DNA of 64,000 nt from an uncultured delta proteobacterium (GCA_963708295.1 CAVPSJ010000014.1:64001-128000), one strand, 5' to 3'; positions 49,585 to 60,278 are shown, counted from the stretch's first letter. Notes: generated by a model not told the origin, from the sequence alone. Made by a program: numbers and translations.

Positions 49585-50940
49585 TCAACCTTCGACAGGT
49601 TTGATCTTCGTCGGCAAGAACTTTCCCCCCCCGGGCTTCGCCTTCATCTCTCCATCTTCGATGAGGATCCTGCCTCTCTGCATGGTGAGAATAGGCATTC
49701 CCAAACACCTCCTGCCTTCATAGAGCGTATAGGGAGCCCTGGAATGCTGGGTCTGATGTTGAATCGTGTGAACCCGATTCGGATCGAAAAGAATCAGATC
49801 CGCATCCGATCCTTTTTGAATCACTCCCTTTTTTGGGTAGAAGCCGAAGATTTTGGCCGGATTCTCAGAAAAGAGCCGGGCCAATTTGCACACTTCAATC
49901 CTCCCGGTATTGACTCCTTCATCGTAGGTGATGGTCAACATCGTTTCTGCCTGGGGAGATCCATAAGCAGCCTCAAAGAAAGGATCGTCTATTTTCTTGA
50001 CCTTCGGAGCATGGTCACTCGCAATCGTATCGACCGTCCCTTTTTGGATCGCCTTCCAAAGGGTGAGACGGTCTGCTTCCGTTCGCAGAGGAGGACCAAT
50101 CTTCGCCAGGGGGCCTAACCGTAAAAGGGCTTCATTGGTCAAAGTGAGGTATTGGGGACAGGTTTCGACGTAGACCGTTCGTCCTTCTTCTTTCGCCCGT
50201 TCAAGGGGAGCCACGCCCTTAGCTGTGCTCAGGTGAACGATGTAGAGTGGACAACGGGTGATGGCTGAAATCGACAAGGCCCGAAAGATGGCCTCTGCTT
50301 CGAGAAGATCCGGCCTCGTTTTCAGAAAAACTTCTTTTTGGTCTTCCCCTTTCTTCAGGGATCGGTCTTCAAGATAATCCGTGGCCAGGCCGTTTTCTGC
50401 ATGGACCATCGCCAGCCCGCCGCACCCGGCAATCCGGTCCATCGCAGCCGTCAGGTGGTAGTCATCCGTCATCCATTTGAGCTTAGCGTAGGTCATAAAC
50501 ATCTTGAAGGAAGCGACTCCCAGATCAACCACCCTGGGAATTTCCTCAGTCTGAGAAGATGGATCGAACATGGCTCCATGGATTCCAAAGTCGAGAAAGG
50601 AGCTGTGAGAACCCTCTTCCAGGTACTTTTTAACCGTGTCCATCAGTTTCATCCCGGGCTTGGCATAGGCAAAATGGATGAGGGTGGTCGTTCCCCCATA
50701 GGCGGCGGCGAACGACAGGTCTTTCATATTGTCCTCGTAGACCGGATGGACATGTGCGTCGATCACCCCGGGCATCACATATTTTCCCGTAGCATCAATT
50801 ACCCGGCCCGCTTCCTGCGGGGGAATTTGGGGCTCAACGGCATGGATCTGTTCTCCTATAACCCCCACATCCGCCTTTCGGATTCCGGAACCTCCGACGA
50901 CAAGGCCCCCACTGATCAAGAGATCATATTTGTTTGTCAT
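49585..50940 (-). CDS. Cyclic amidohydrolase (dihydropyrimidinase/hydantoinase/allantoinase family)
   Basis: PGVIDAHVH, GGTTT, FKMFMTY, HAEN, HLST, ETCPQYL, SDHAP. Confidence 0.9.
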   Translation of the reverse strand: MTNKYDLLISGGLVVGGSGIRKADVGVIGEQIHAVEPQIPPQEAGRVIDATGKYVMPGVIDAHVHPVYEDNMKDLSFAAAYGGTTTLIHFAYAKPGMKLMDTVKKYLEEGSHSSFLDFGIHGAMFDPSSQTEEIPRVVDLGVASFKMFMTYAKLKWMTDDYHLTAAMDRIAGCGGLAMVHAENGLATDYLEDRSLKKGEDQKEVFLKTRPDLLEAEAIFRALSISAITRCPLYIVHLSTAKGVAPLERAKEEGRTVYVETCPQYLTLTNEALLRLGPLAKIGPPLRTEADRLTLWKAIQKGTVDTIASDHAPKVKKIDDPFFEAAYGSPQAETMLTITYDEGVNTGRIEVCKLARLFSENPAKIFGFYPKKGVIQKGSDADLILFDPNRVHTIQHQTQHSRAPYTLYEGRRCLGMPILTMQRGRILIEDGEMKAKPGGGKFLPTKIKPVEG

Positions 50941-51015
50941 GGTTTCCCCCGAGCTTAAATAGGATTGGAATTGAATTCTATCATAGATTGGAAAGGATTT
51001 GAACCGAAAGACATG

Positions 51016-51867
51016 CTACAGGAGGGTCAGGATCATCTCCCTCAGGACGACGGCCGCGGTCACAGATGAGATTCCGGTGGGGTCATAATCCGGAGTCAGT
51101 TCCACCACGTCAAACCCGACGACGCGAAGGGACTGAAGCTCTTTGAGGATGGAGAGAAATGCTTGAAAGGTAAAGCCTCCAGGCTCCGGGGTTCCAACGC
51201 CCGGGAGAAGGCCAGGATCGATCACGTCGAGATCAAGGGTGACGTAGATAGGGATGTTTTTGAGGCGCTTGACCATTCCTTTCAGGGAGCGCGGGTCGTT
51301 TGGCACGATCGACTTCCACTTTCCTGCCAATTTGAATTCATCCTCAGTCCCGGACCGAATCCCAATCTGAAATAATCTTCCCTCGCCCAGATGATCGACG
51401 ACCTTTCTCATCACCGTACTGTGGGAAAGGGCTTCGCCGAGATAATCTTCTCTTAGATCCGTATGGGCGTCGATGTGAACGAGATGGAGATCGGGATACC
51501 TCACGGAAAGTTGCTCCACGATCGGAAGAGTGATCAGATGGTCCCCCCCGAGCAGAATGGGGAATTTCTCTCGGGAGAGGATCCGGTCAAGGGCTTTCCG
51601 GATCAGGCCCAAAGACAGCTTTTTCTCTCCCAAGGGGAGTTCGAGGTCTCCCATGTCGTGGATTGAAGACCGGGTCAAGTCTCTCTGGAAATAGGGACTG
51701 AACGTTTCGATTCCCCAGGATGCCCTCCGGATCGCAGAGGGCCCGAAACGGGCGCCCGGGCGGAAGGAGGCCGACCCATCATAAGGGCATCCGAGGATAA
51801 CTCCGCGGCTTTCTTCAAAAGAGGCGTTCGCGGAGATGTAACGGGTTTCTACAAAAGGGAGTTTCAT
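51016..51867 (-). CDS. speB: Agmatinase
   Basis: GARFGP, GGDH, DAHTD, DLDVIDP..PGVGTPEPGG. Confidence 0.92.
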   Translation of the reverse strand: MKLPFVETRYISANASFEESRGVILGCPYDGSASFRPGARFGPSAIRRASWGIETFSPYFQRDLTRSSIHDMGDLELPLGEKKLSLGLIRKALDRILSREKFPILLGGDHLITLPIVEQLSVRYPDLHLVHIDAHTDLREDYLGEALSHSTVMRKVVDHLGEGRLFQIGIRSGTEDEFKLAGKWKSIVPNDPRSLKGMVKRLKNIPIYVTLDLDVIDPGLLPGVGTPEPGGFTFQAFLSILKELQSLRVVGFDVVELTPDYDPTGISSVTAAVVLREMILTLL

Positions 51868-52040
51868 TGATCCATTCCTTGTTCGAACTCGGCAGCGGGA
51901 TAGTCCCGGGATGAATCTCTTGTGCAGTCTTGAGTGTTGGATTCCAATGATAAGGAGTCGCTTGAGAGCGGAATGCGTTTTTAATTCTTAAGGGAAGGCC
52001 AGTCTTTTCGTCGATTTGCTCGGCGAGCCGAAGGCCCATC

Positions 52041-52523
52041 TCACCCGGTTTCCTCCCTGTCCCACAACACGACAGCCGCCAGAGTGGCACCGACCTTCTG
52101 GACCTTGTGCTCGACCGCCATGGATTTAAGATCTTTGATCTCCCGTTTCCGCAGCTTCATCCCCTCCAGGGCCATTTGTCGAACCATTTCCTCAATCTCC
52201 GCTTTCGACCCCCGACCGGAATATTCCATGATCAATCCCGCATATTGCGGTTCTTTTGGAAGGGCAACGGCCACGGCAGACGAGATCATCTGGCCGGGAA
52301 CGTCGCTGGTGATGGATGCATAGGCCGTCGGGACCAGGGAACCCGGGGGAAGGGGAACAGGAGAGATCAGCTGGCACCGGGGCGGCACAATGCTGCTCAT
52401 CTTCACGATGTTGGTATCCCCGATCCCAGCGCGGAGGAGGGCTCCGTCAAAGGCATTGAGGGAGGTGAACCCCTCCGACGCTCCAGAAACCAGAAAATAA
52501 TGTGTTGGGGTTTTAATGATCAC
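52041..52523 (-). CDS. pdaD: Pyruvoyl-dependent arginine decarboxylase
   Basis: [23 protein letters not shown] self-cleavage site; G.IME; upstream of speB. Confidence 0.88.
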   Translation of the reverse strand: MIIKTPTHYFLVSGASEGFTSLNAFDGALLRAGIGDTNIVKMSSIVPPRCQLISPVPLPPGSLVPTAYASITSDVPGQMISSAVAVALPKEPQYAGLIMEYSGRGSKAEIEEMVRQMALEGMKLRKREIKDLKSMAVEHKVQKVGATLAAVVLWDREETG

Positions 52524-52588
52524 GGCTCGTCTCCATCATCTCTCTTGATAGTCTCAAATCACACGTGATTGGGTGCGCTATGCCATCT

Positions 52589-53125
52589 TTAGAAGGACGG
52601 GGGTGAGCCGATCCATAGTATCACCGCCTCCTTCGAGCTGCTGTTATGGAGCCAGTGCTCCTTCTCTGCTGAAAGGTAAAAGCATTCCCCCTTCCTCAGC
52701 CTCAGAGTTTCTCTCCCAAAACGAAGGTTGAACCTTCCCCGGAGGACAAAACCGAATTCCTCCCCTTCATGGGGCTTCTCTTTCGGCGTCGACTCCCCTT
52801 TCCGGAGGGTCAGGAGAATGGGCTCCAGCCGCCGATTCGTCGAACCCGGGACCAGAAGCTCGAACTTCTGGATCTTTTCTTTCTCGATGGCCACCCGATC
52901 TTTCTCCCGGTAGACAATCTTTTCCTCTGAGGTCTCCCGGAAGAAATCCGAGATGTTTTCGTCCAAGGCCTCCAGGATCTGGGTCAGGCTGTCCAGGGAG
53001 ATGGACGTCAAATCGCGCTCAATCTGGGAGATAAACCCCTTGGTCAGATTGGCCCGGTCGGCCAACTCCTCCTGGGTCAGGTTGCTCGATTGTCTCAAAT
53101 TCCGAATGCGTTCTCCGATCTTCAT
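52589..53125 (-). CDS. XRE HTH + cupin regulator (PuuR-like)
   Basis: LTQEELA.R..LTKGFISQIERD; HEGEEFGFVL.G. Confidence 0.92.
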   Translation of the reverse strand: MKIGERIRNLRQSSNLTQEELADRANLTKGFISQIERDLTSISLDSLTQILEALDENISDFFRETSEEKIVYREKDRVAIEKEKIQKFELLVPGSTNRRLEPILLTLRKGESTPKEKPHEGEEFGFVLRGRFNLRFGRETLRLRKGECFYLSAEKEHWLHNSSSKEAVILWIGSPPSF

Positions 53126-53145
53126 ACATCCTGTGAGAATAGTAA

Positions 53146-53209
53146 AAGAAGAAATTTGTTTAGTAATCTGTCAGACATTATAAGAAGAAATTAGTTTAGT
53201 AAAATAAAC
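53146..53209. promoter_or_regulatory. Direct repeat and palindrome operator upstream of XRE-cupin gene
   Basis: AAGAAGAAATT(T/A)GTTTAGTAA at 53146 and 53182; GTTTA-gtaaaa-TAAAC. Confidence 0.6.
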
Positions 53210-53389
53210 TTGAAGGAATTATAACGCCCTCTTCCGGTTTGTCAAGTATTTTTTTTGACCGATCGGAGGGAGCCCGGAGATCTCTGATGGCACCGATCAG
53301 GATTGTGTCAGTCAAAGAGCCATGTTATCATTTTTTAGGATGCCATCAGGTCTTTTTGGAATCATGTCGTGCCTGCGGGATAGGAAACC

Positions 53390-56352
53390 ATGAAACGGCG
53401 GAGCAAGCTGTCTGTCTACCTTTATATTCCGTTTTCGCTGATTTTCCTGTTAACGGTTTGGGATGTGGGGGCTGGCGAACGAGAGCCTCTCCCCGGCCAA
53501 GAGACACTTCGCCGTTGGGTGACCGAGATGAAGATCTCGCCACGGGGTCCCTTCCAACGCATCCGTTGGTTTTGTAAAGATGGAACCCTTCATCCGCCCA
53601 CGGAATATGCCTGCCGCGACAGGGGCGGCGGGGTGCAGCATGGGGAGTGGACCGAGCGCGTGGTTCTGCTCCGATCCAATGCCTATTTCATCGCCAATGT
53701 GTTTGCCGATGTTCGCCCGGAGATATTGCTGGCACAGCCGGACGCGGAGAACGTCATCAAACAGATGATTCTTGAGCAATACTTGATCCGTGCGGACGAC
53801 GGGTGGATATTGCGGCACGCCCGTTACTACCGCGGTGCCCTCCAGGACGAGGACGAGAGCAGAGGCGGCCAGGGACTTCTGCTCGCGATGGTGTCCAACC
53901 CCGCTTGGCAGGAGGCGCGTTTTCCCGTCCTTCGGGAAGCGGTCAGGTTTATCCCGCACGGTCGCTCCGGAGCTCCTGTCAGCGAAATGCGCCAGCTTTC
54001 CCGGGCGCTTGGGGAAGCCGATCCCGAATTCCAACCGCTGCGCACTAAAATCCATGTCAAACCCGAACTCGGCGATGCCGAGCGAGTGCGGCGCTATGGG
54101 ACGACGGCAGGGCAAAAAGGATCTGGCCGGCGATTATGAGAAGCTGGCCGTGTTAATCCAGAAGGTTTTTCAACCATCGGATGCCCGCACAGAAATCCTG
54201 GCCTTGAACAGAATCGTTTCATCCAAAGTCCTTTCCCAGGAAATTCGGGAAACAGGCGGTCGACTGGGCACCGATCGCGATCCTGCGACACGCTTCGAGG
54301 CGAGCTGCCGGATGCTGGCTTCTATACGCGGACAGCTGGGATCGGTCGGGGACAGGCGCGTGAGGCTGGCATTGCTCGACGCGAGCCTGACCCTGGAACA
54401 GGACCTGTTCCTAACCGGAACGATCCTGATGGATCGGCTCCCACGGGCCTCCCGCAAGGAAAGACTTGAATGGTTGAAAGCCTGCGCGAACGGCCTCTAC
54501 GGCATGGGCCTTATTTCCGGGCGTCAGCGCGAAAGTTTGCTCGACACCTTTCAGGGCATCTCCGGTCCATCCGTCCGATGGGACGATTACAGGGCGGGGT
54601 TGAACTATGCCGCCCGAGTTCCAGGCTGGGCGGACCAGAACCTGCGTTTCCACTTCACATCGGCCGTTGACACCTTGTTGGTGCTGGAGCCGCTCACCAG
54701 CACCTACCTTAGCGACCGGGTGCGCGGCAGCCTGTTGATCGTCTATTCCTCGGTCCTGGAAGGCCTGCTGGCCGATGCGAACCGCCAGTTTGGGATCGCC
54801 AACCGTATGATGGATCGGAGCAGTGGATGCAGGGCTCACCGCTTTGAATCCCGGGATTGCCCGTGGAGTGCTCAAAGTGGCCAAGGCCGGTGACGATCCG
54901 AAAACATTCTCTCGCGACGGGATCTATGTTCTGCCTGCAACGATGGAAGATCTCCCTTCCGTGAGGGGCATCCTCACGGCAGGAAAGGGGAACATGCTTT
55001 CCCACGTCCAACTTCTGGCGCGCCATCTGGGTATTCCCAACGTCGCCGTCGATCAGAGCCTCCTGCCGCAGGTTTCCGCCTTGGAGGGGCGCTCCGTGGT
55101 GCTGGCTGTAAGCCCTGGAGGAATCGTACAGATCGCTCCGGACGGTCCCGAATGGGACGCGGTTTTCGCCCTGGAATCCCCCCTGCAATCCCAAGGTGCG
55201 TCAGCCGTCATCCGGCCAACCCTGGAAAAGCTGGATCTAAGCAATCGGAACCTCGTTCCGCTGCGTGATCTGCGCGTCTCGGATTCGGGGCGCATCTGCG
55301 GCCCGAAGGCCGCGAACCTCGGGGAGCTTAAGCGACATTTCCCGGAAGCCGTCGCCGAGGGGCTTGTGATCCCCTTCGGAATTTTCCGTTCGTTGCTGGA
55401 CCTACCCGTCGAGCCGGGCGGCTTACCCATGTTCCAGTGGATGCAGCGACAGGATGCATTGATCAAACGCCTGGCTCCGGAGCCCGCAAAACAACAACAG
55501 GAGGTCGAGCGCTACCTGGATCGCATGCGGCGCTGGATCACGTCCGCCGACCCGGGGATTGAGTTTCGCGCCAAGCTCCGCGCGGCCATGGAGAAAACCT
55601 TCGGGCCTGACGGGAGCTACGGGGTTTTCGTGCGCAGCGATACAAACGTGGAGGACCTGCCGGGTTTCACCGGTGCAGGCCTCAATCTCACCGTTCCGAA
55701 TGTGGTCGGGTTTGATGGCGTGATGGAGGCAATCCTCCAGGTATGGGCGTCCCCATTTGAAGACCGGGCCTACCACTGGCGGCAGGCCTCCATGGATCGA
55801 CCGGAGCACGTTTATGTGTCCATTTTGCTCCTCAAGAGTGTTCCGGTCGAAAAGTCCGGAGTGATGGTCACCGCGGACGTGGAGAATGGGACCCCCGGAT
55901 GGCTTTCCGTTGCTGTCAGCGAGGGGTTCGGAGGGGCTGTTTCCGGACAAAGGGCCGAGGAGCTTCGGATCAACCCAAGAAATGGCCAGGTTCATTTGCT
56001 TGCCCATGCGACGGAACCCTTCAAACGGATCTTATCGCCCAAGGGAGGAGTGGTTTCGCTGCCGGCATCCGGCACCGAGGCGGTGTTGAGCAGGTCCGAT
56101 ATCACTCAGCTGATGGCGCTGGCTGGGGAGATCCCCCAGCGCTTCCCCTGGCTGAAGGATAAGGATGGCCGTCCGGTTCCAGCGGATGTGGAGTTCGGGT
56201 TCGCTCGCGGCCAGCTCTATTTATTTCAGATCCGGCCCTACCTGGAAAGCAGCAAGGCCAAACGGAATCGATACCTCTGGCATATGGATGAGGTTTTTCT
56301 ACGGAGTGATCAGAAGGATGTGGACCTTGGCCAAGTTCCAAGGGAGAGGTAG
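53390..56352 (+). CDS. Exported PEP-utilizer/dikinase-like protein (signal peptide, helical domain, phospho-His swivel, ATP-grasp); frameshifts near 54100 and 54820
   Basis: MKRRSKLSVYLYIPFSLIFLLTVWDVGA; GNMLSHVQLLARHLGIPN (His codon 55003); GPKAANLGEL; RSDTNVEDLPGFTGAG; DVEFG..FQIRP. Confidence 0.8.
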
Positions 56353-56355
56353 AGG

Positions 56356-57661
56356 ATGAGAGTCCTTGCAATGGGAATCCTCCTGTTTAGTCTTTCCTGC
56401 AGCGCTGCAGGCGCATGGGCCTATCCGTTGGACGGATACGCGGTGACCGGTATCCGGAGGCTCGAGGGATACAGGCTTGCTCAGGGAGGAACGGTTCGTG
56501 GGCCGCAACAACCCAGAGGGGCTATGCTCACCCTGGGTGACGTCGATCTGCGTCTTTCCCAACGGCAGGATCTCATCCTTCCGGCTTCCGACCCGGCCTT
56601 TGTCGCCCAATTGAAATCATACCTGGGAGAAGAAGCCGACCGCTACGGGGTCGCCGTGCTGGACCTTTCGGACATGGAACGCCCGCGATACGGCGAGCTC
56701 CACGGTGATTACCGTGCTAATCCAGGCAGCGTGGGAAAGCTGATGGTGGCCCTTGCTCTGTTTCAGGTTCTTGCCGACATTTACCCGAAGGACATTGAGG
56801 CGAGGATCTCTATTTTGCGCAACACCATGGTGGAGGCCAGTGATTTTATTTATACCGATGATCATCCGGTGCCATTCTGGGAACCCTCGAGCCCCGGGAT
56901 AAATTACCGGCCGCTCCGGGTCGGTGACCGGGCAAACGTATGGACCTATCTGGACTGGATGATGTCAGCCAGCTCCAATGCCGCGGCCAGCATGGTCATC
57001 CGAGAACTCATGCTGATGGCGAACTTCGGAAAAGAGTATCCCGTGGGAGCGAAAGAAGGGAATGATTTTTTCAGGGCAACTCCCAGGCACAAGCTGGCCG
57101 AGCTGCTCACGCGTTCTCTGGTGGAGCCGGTGGCGCGGAACGGACTGGACCCGGAGGGACTCCGGCAGGGATCCTTCTTCACTTCGAAGGCCAATCAGAT
57201 CGTCCCGGGGGTCACGAGCCGTGCGACGCCCCGCGACCTGCTGCGACTGCTTCTCAAACTGGAGCAGGGGAGAATCGTGGACGCGTTCTCCAGCCGGGAG
57301 ATGAAGCGCTTGATGTATATGACCCAGCGCCGCATCCGTTTCGCGTCATCCCCTGCGCTCAATGATGCCGCCGTCTATTTCAAATCAGGGTCTCTTTACC
57401 GCTGTCGACCCGAGCCCGGGTTTACGTGTCGCAAGTACGAAGGCAATGTGGAGAACATGATGAACTCCGTGGCGATCGTCGAATCGCCGGCAGGCAAGAT
57501 TCACGCTGCACTATCTGGTGGCTTTGATGTCCAATGTGCCCAGGAAGAACTCCGCGGTGGCGCATCAGACCTTTGCGACGCGTCTTCACCGTCTGATTTC
57601 ATCATTTCATCGGGAAAGCGATGGGAACGCCGTAGGGGATCGGGTAAGGAAGCCGAACTGA
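56356..57661 (+). CDS. Exported class A beta-lactamase/PBP-like serine hydrolase 1; frameshift near 57500
   Basis: Signal peptide ...AAGAWA; SVGK (SxxK), SSN, KSG; alternate-frame C-terminus HYLVALMSN...RLHRLI. Confidence 0.8.
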
Positions 57662-58555
57662 CGGGATGTTGGGCTCGGCGGGTTTTCCCGAGCGGCGCAC
57701 GAGGACGTCTAACTGCACGATCAGGTCGCTCAGCCACGTTCCGCCGTCCGGGCTCCTGGCTAAGGCCGCGGCAATGTAACGGTAGCCTTCATGTTCAATG
57801 ATGCCGCTGTCGGAGTGAAACTCTTTCCATGTGCCTGATTTTCTGAAGATACGCGCATCCGGGTGAGTTGCTTGGAGGCCCTTGACGAACTTATGATTGA
57901 TGGCCGGGTTGCCGAGAATCGCCTTCATCAAGCGGCTGAATCCCGGGGAGACCAGTCCTCCCGTCTCAAGCAAGTAGTAGAAACGGGCAACTTGCAAAGC
58001 GGTGGCGCCATGAGAAAGGTTGCGGAGGGGATCCCGTTTCCAGGCAGGCGACGCGCTATAGTCTTTACCAACCCACAGTCCGCCATTCTTGGCCGGATCG
58101 TAGAGACGGTAGCGGGGTGATTGGAGCAGGTTCGCGAGAAAGTCTTTCCCGACCCGCTGGAGAAGATGGGTCGCTGCCTCGTTCGAAGAGTAACGGATCA
58201 TTTGCTGGAGTTCATTCCACGTCTTGTCGTTGAGCTCCATCTCTCCCCGGAAGATCCGTTCAAAGGCTCCGAGGAGGATGGCGATCTTGGGAAGACTCGC
58301 AGCGTACATCATTTCGTTCGGATTGGCATAGGCCATCCGCGGAGAGGAAAGGTCCGTGATATCCATCAGGGCGACGGAAAGGCTCTTTTCGGCTACGGCC
58401 TTCTGCAAGCGGAGTGAGGTGAGACAGTCTTCAAGACCCTTCTGGAGCCCGGGATCGCAGACCTCCTCAGCGGAAGATCCCTGGACGGAGTAGGCCGAGA
58501 GGAAAACCAGGGAAAGGGCCAGGCCGCACATGAAAATCTTAATCACCCGTAGCAT
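57602..58555 (-). CDS. Exported class A beta-lactamase/PBP-like serine hydrolase 2
   Basis: Signal peptide MLRVIKIFMCGLALSLVFLSAYSVQG; AASLPK, IRYSSN, FRKSGT. Confidence 0.85.
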   Translation of the reverse strand: MLRVIKIFMCGLALSLVFLSAYSVQGSSAEEVCDPGLQKGLEDCLTSLRLQKAVAEKSLSVALMDITDLSSPRMAYANPNEMMYAASLPKIAILLGAFERIFRGEMELNDKTWNELQQMIRYSSNEAATHLLQRVGKDFLANLLQSPRYRLYDPAKNGGLWVGKDYSASPAWKRDPLRNLSHGATALQVARFYYLLETGGLVSPGFSRLMKAILGNPAINHKFVKGLQATHPDARIFRKSGTWKEFHSDSGIIEHEGYRYIAAALARSPDGGTWLSDLIVQLDVLVRRSGKPAEPNIPSVRLPYPIPYGVPIAFPMK

Positions 58556-58615
58556 AATGGGTATATATAAGGGGTAATGTGAGCGACTTTCAAGTGGAAA
58601 AGACAATTCGAGAGT

Positions 58616-59878
58616 TTGGTGAGCAGCTGTCAGGAGAAATACCCGGCTCTCCGTTCGCCCGGGATCCGGTCGGGTTTTTTGTTTTTCAATTTTTTTCTCA
58701 TGATCATGGCCTATTACCAGGTGAAGCCTGCCAGTCGCTCGCTCTTCATCGAATCCTTAAGCTCCAGCCGAATGCCTTACGTGTGGATTGCGAGCGCTCT
58801 CGCCATGGGTTTCTTTATTACCTGGTATCACCGTCTGGTGGAGCGTCACAGCCGGATGCATGTCGTCCTGGGTACCTGTCTGTCGGTTTCCGTTATCCTT
58901 CTGGCGTTTCGCCTTGCTTCCAATCAGCCCGGCCCAGTGCAATCTGTCCTGTTCTACGTCTTTGTGGATATCATGGGGGTGGTTCTTGTCGAGCAATTCT
59001 GGAGCCTGACCAACTCCATCTATACGACCTCAGAGGGGAAAACCTGGTTTGGCATCGTAGGGTCGGGGGGGCTCGTGGGCGGAGTTGCGGGTGGCTGGGC
59101 AGCAGCCTTGCTGATTGAGCACACCCCCATGAAGACCCCTGATCTTCTCGTGATTGCAGCCGGGATCATCCTGCTCATTTCTGTTTTGACATGGGCCATG
59201 GGCCGGATCGGTCTCTATTGCGAGGTTGAGCGGGCAAATCACAGGCTTCCGCCGACTCATGGCTGGCAGATCTTGAGCCAGAGCCGCTACCTTCTCCTGA
59301 TTGCTGCCCTTTTACTACTGGCCCAAATTGCCTCGCCCCTTGTGGAATACCAGTTCTTGAATACTGTGGAGAAAGTTTATACCGAGGTGGATGCTCGCAC
59401 GGCCTTCTTGTCGATGTTCTTCGGCACCATGGGATTGATTTCGATCGGGATCAACGTGGTGATCACGCCACTCGTGACCCGTTTCTTGGGGACCATCGCG
59501 GGTTTGCTCGTGCAGCCCGTCATGATGGGTCTTTGCTCATGGGGTTTTCTGCTCCACCCCACGCTTTTTTTCAGCGGCGCCACCAAGATCAGCGATCGCG
59601 CCCTCTCTTACTCCATCAACCGCGCCTCCAAGGAATTGCTTTATGTTCCTGTGGATCCGGTTCTCATTTACCAGGCCAAGGCCTGGATCGACATGTTCGG
59701 TTACCGCACGTTCAAAATCGTCGGGTCGGTTCTCATTCTCTTAATGACCCAATGGCTGCCCGTGACCATGAGCGTCAATGAGCTCAGCTGGTTTACCATC
59801 GTCATCTGCGGCCTTTGGGTGATGTTCGTGATGTTTCTGCGCCAGGAATATAAGGTGATTTATCAGAAAACCCAATGA
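58616..59878 (+). CDS. TLC/NTT-family (Npt1/Npt2-like) nucleotide exchange transporter
   Basis: AYYQVKP.SRSLF; FWS..NSIY..EGK..FG; YSINRASKELLYVP; YQAKAWID. Confidence 0.8.
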   Translation: MVSSCQEKYPALRSPGIRSGFLFFNFFLMIMAYYQVKPASRSLFIESLSSSRMPYVWIASALAMGFFITWYHRLVERHSRMHVVLGTCLSVSVILLAFRLASNQPGPVQSVLFYVFVDIMGVVLVEQFWSLTNSIYTTSEGKTWFGIVGSGGLVGGVAGGWAAALLIEHTPMKTPDLLVIAAGIILLISVLTWAMGRIGLYCEVERANHRLPPTHGWQILSQSRYLLLIAALLLLAQIASPLVEYQFLNTVEKVYTEVDARTAFLSMFFGTMGLISIGINVVITPLVTRFLGTIAGLLVQPVMMGLCSWGFLLHPTLFFSGATKISDRALSYSINRASKELLYVPVDPVLIYQAKAWIDMFGYRTFKIVGSVLILLMTQWLPVTMSVNELSWFTIVICGLWVMFVMFLRQEYKVIYQKTQ

Positions 59879-59916
59879 GGCGAGTGCCGACGTCCAGCTC
59901 TTCATCAAAGGTAAGA

Positions 59917-60275
59917 TCAGGCAGCTTTTTCCATTTTGATAGATTGGGATAAGAGATAGGTTATGAGGCGTTTAGACTCACACCTTCCTCCTCCGCTTTT
60001 CTGACCAATTCTCTGTGGAGGCCTTTTGGAACCCTGACATTAAACTGGCCGCTGAACCGGGTCTTAGGCTTGGGAAGAAGTATTCTATGTTTCTTCATTG
60101 TGTCCATTGTCAATCCCAAAGCTTCTTGACTATTTTTTACCGCTTCTTCAAGGCTATATCCTCCGGTGATAATGCCAGGAAAATCAGGAAACCTCACAGC
60201 CAAGTATCCAGACTCCCTATCTGGAATAATTTTTATCTCATAACCTAACCGTTCCTCTTTTTTATTCTTTCTCAT
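59917..60275 (-). CDS. hicB: HicB antitoxin; frameshift near 3' end
   Basis: FPDFPG.ITGG.S.EEA.KN..EAL; FSGQFNVRVPK.LHR.L...A..EGVSLN. Confidence 0.9.
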
Positions 60276-60278
60276 AGG

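Noticed and set aside
56356-58555. Antibiotic-resistance beta-lactamases
   Set aside because: Fold motifs are present but no clear Glu166 motif and no resistance context; activity cannot be claimed.
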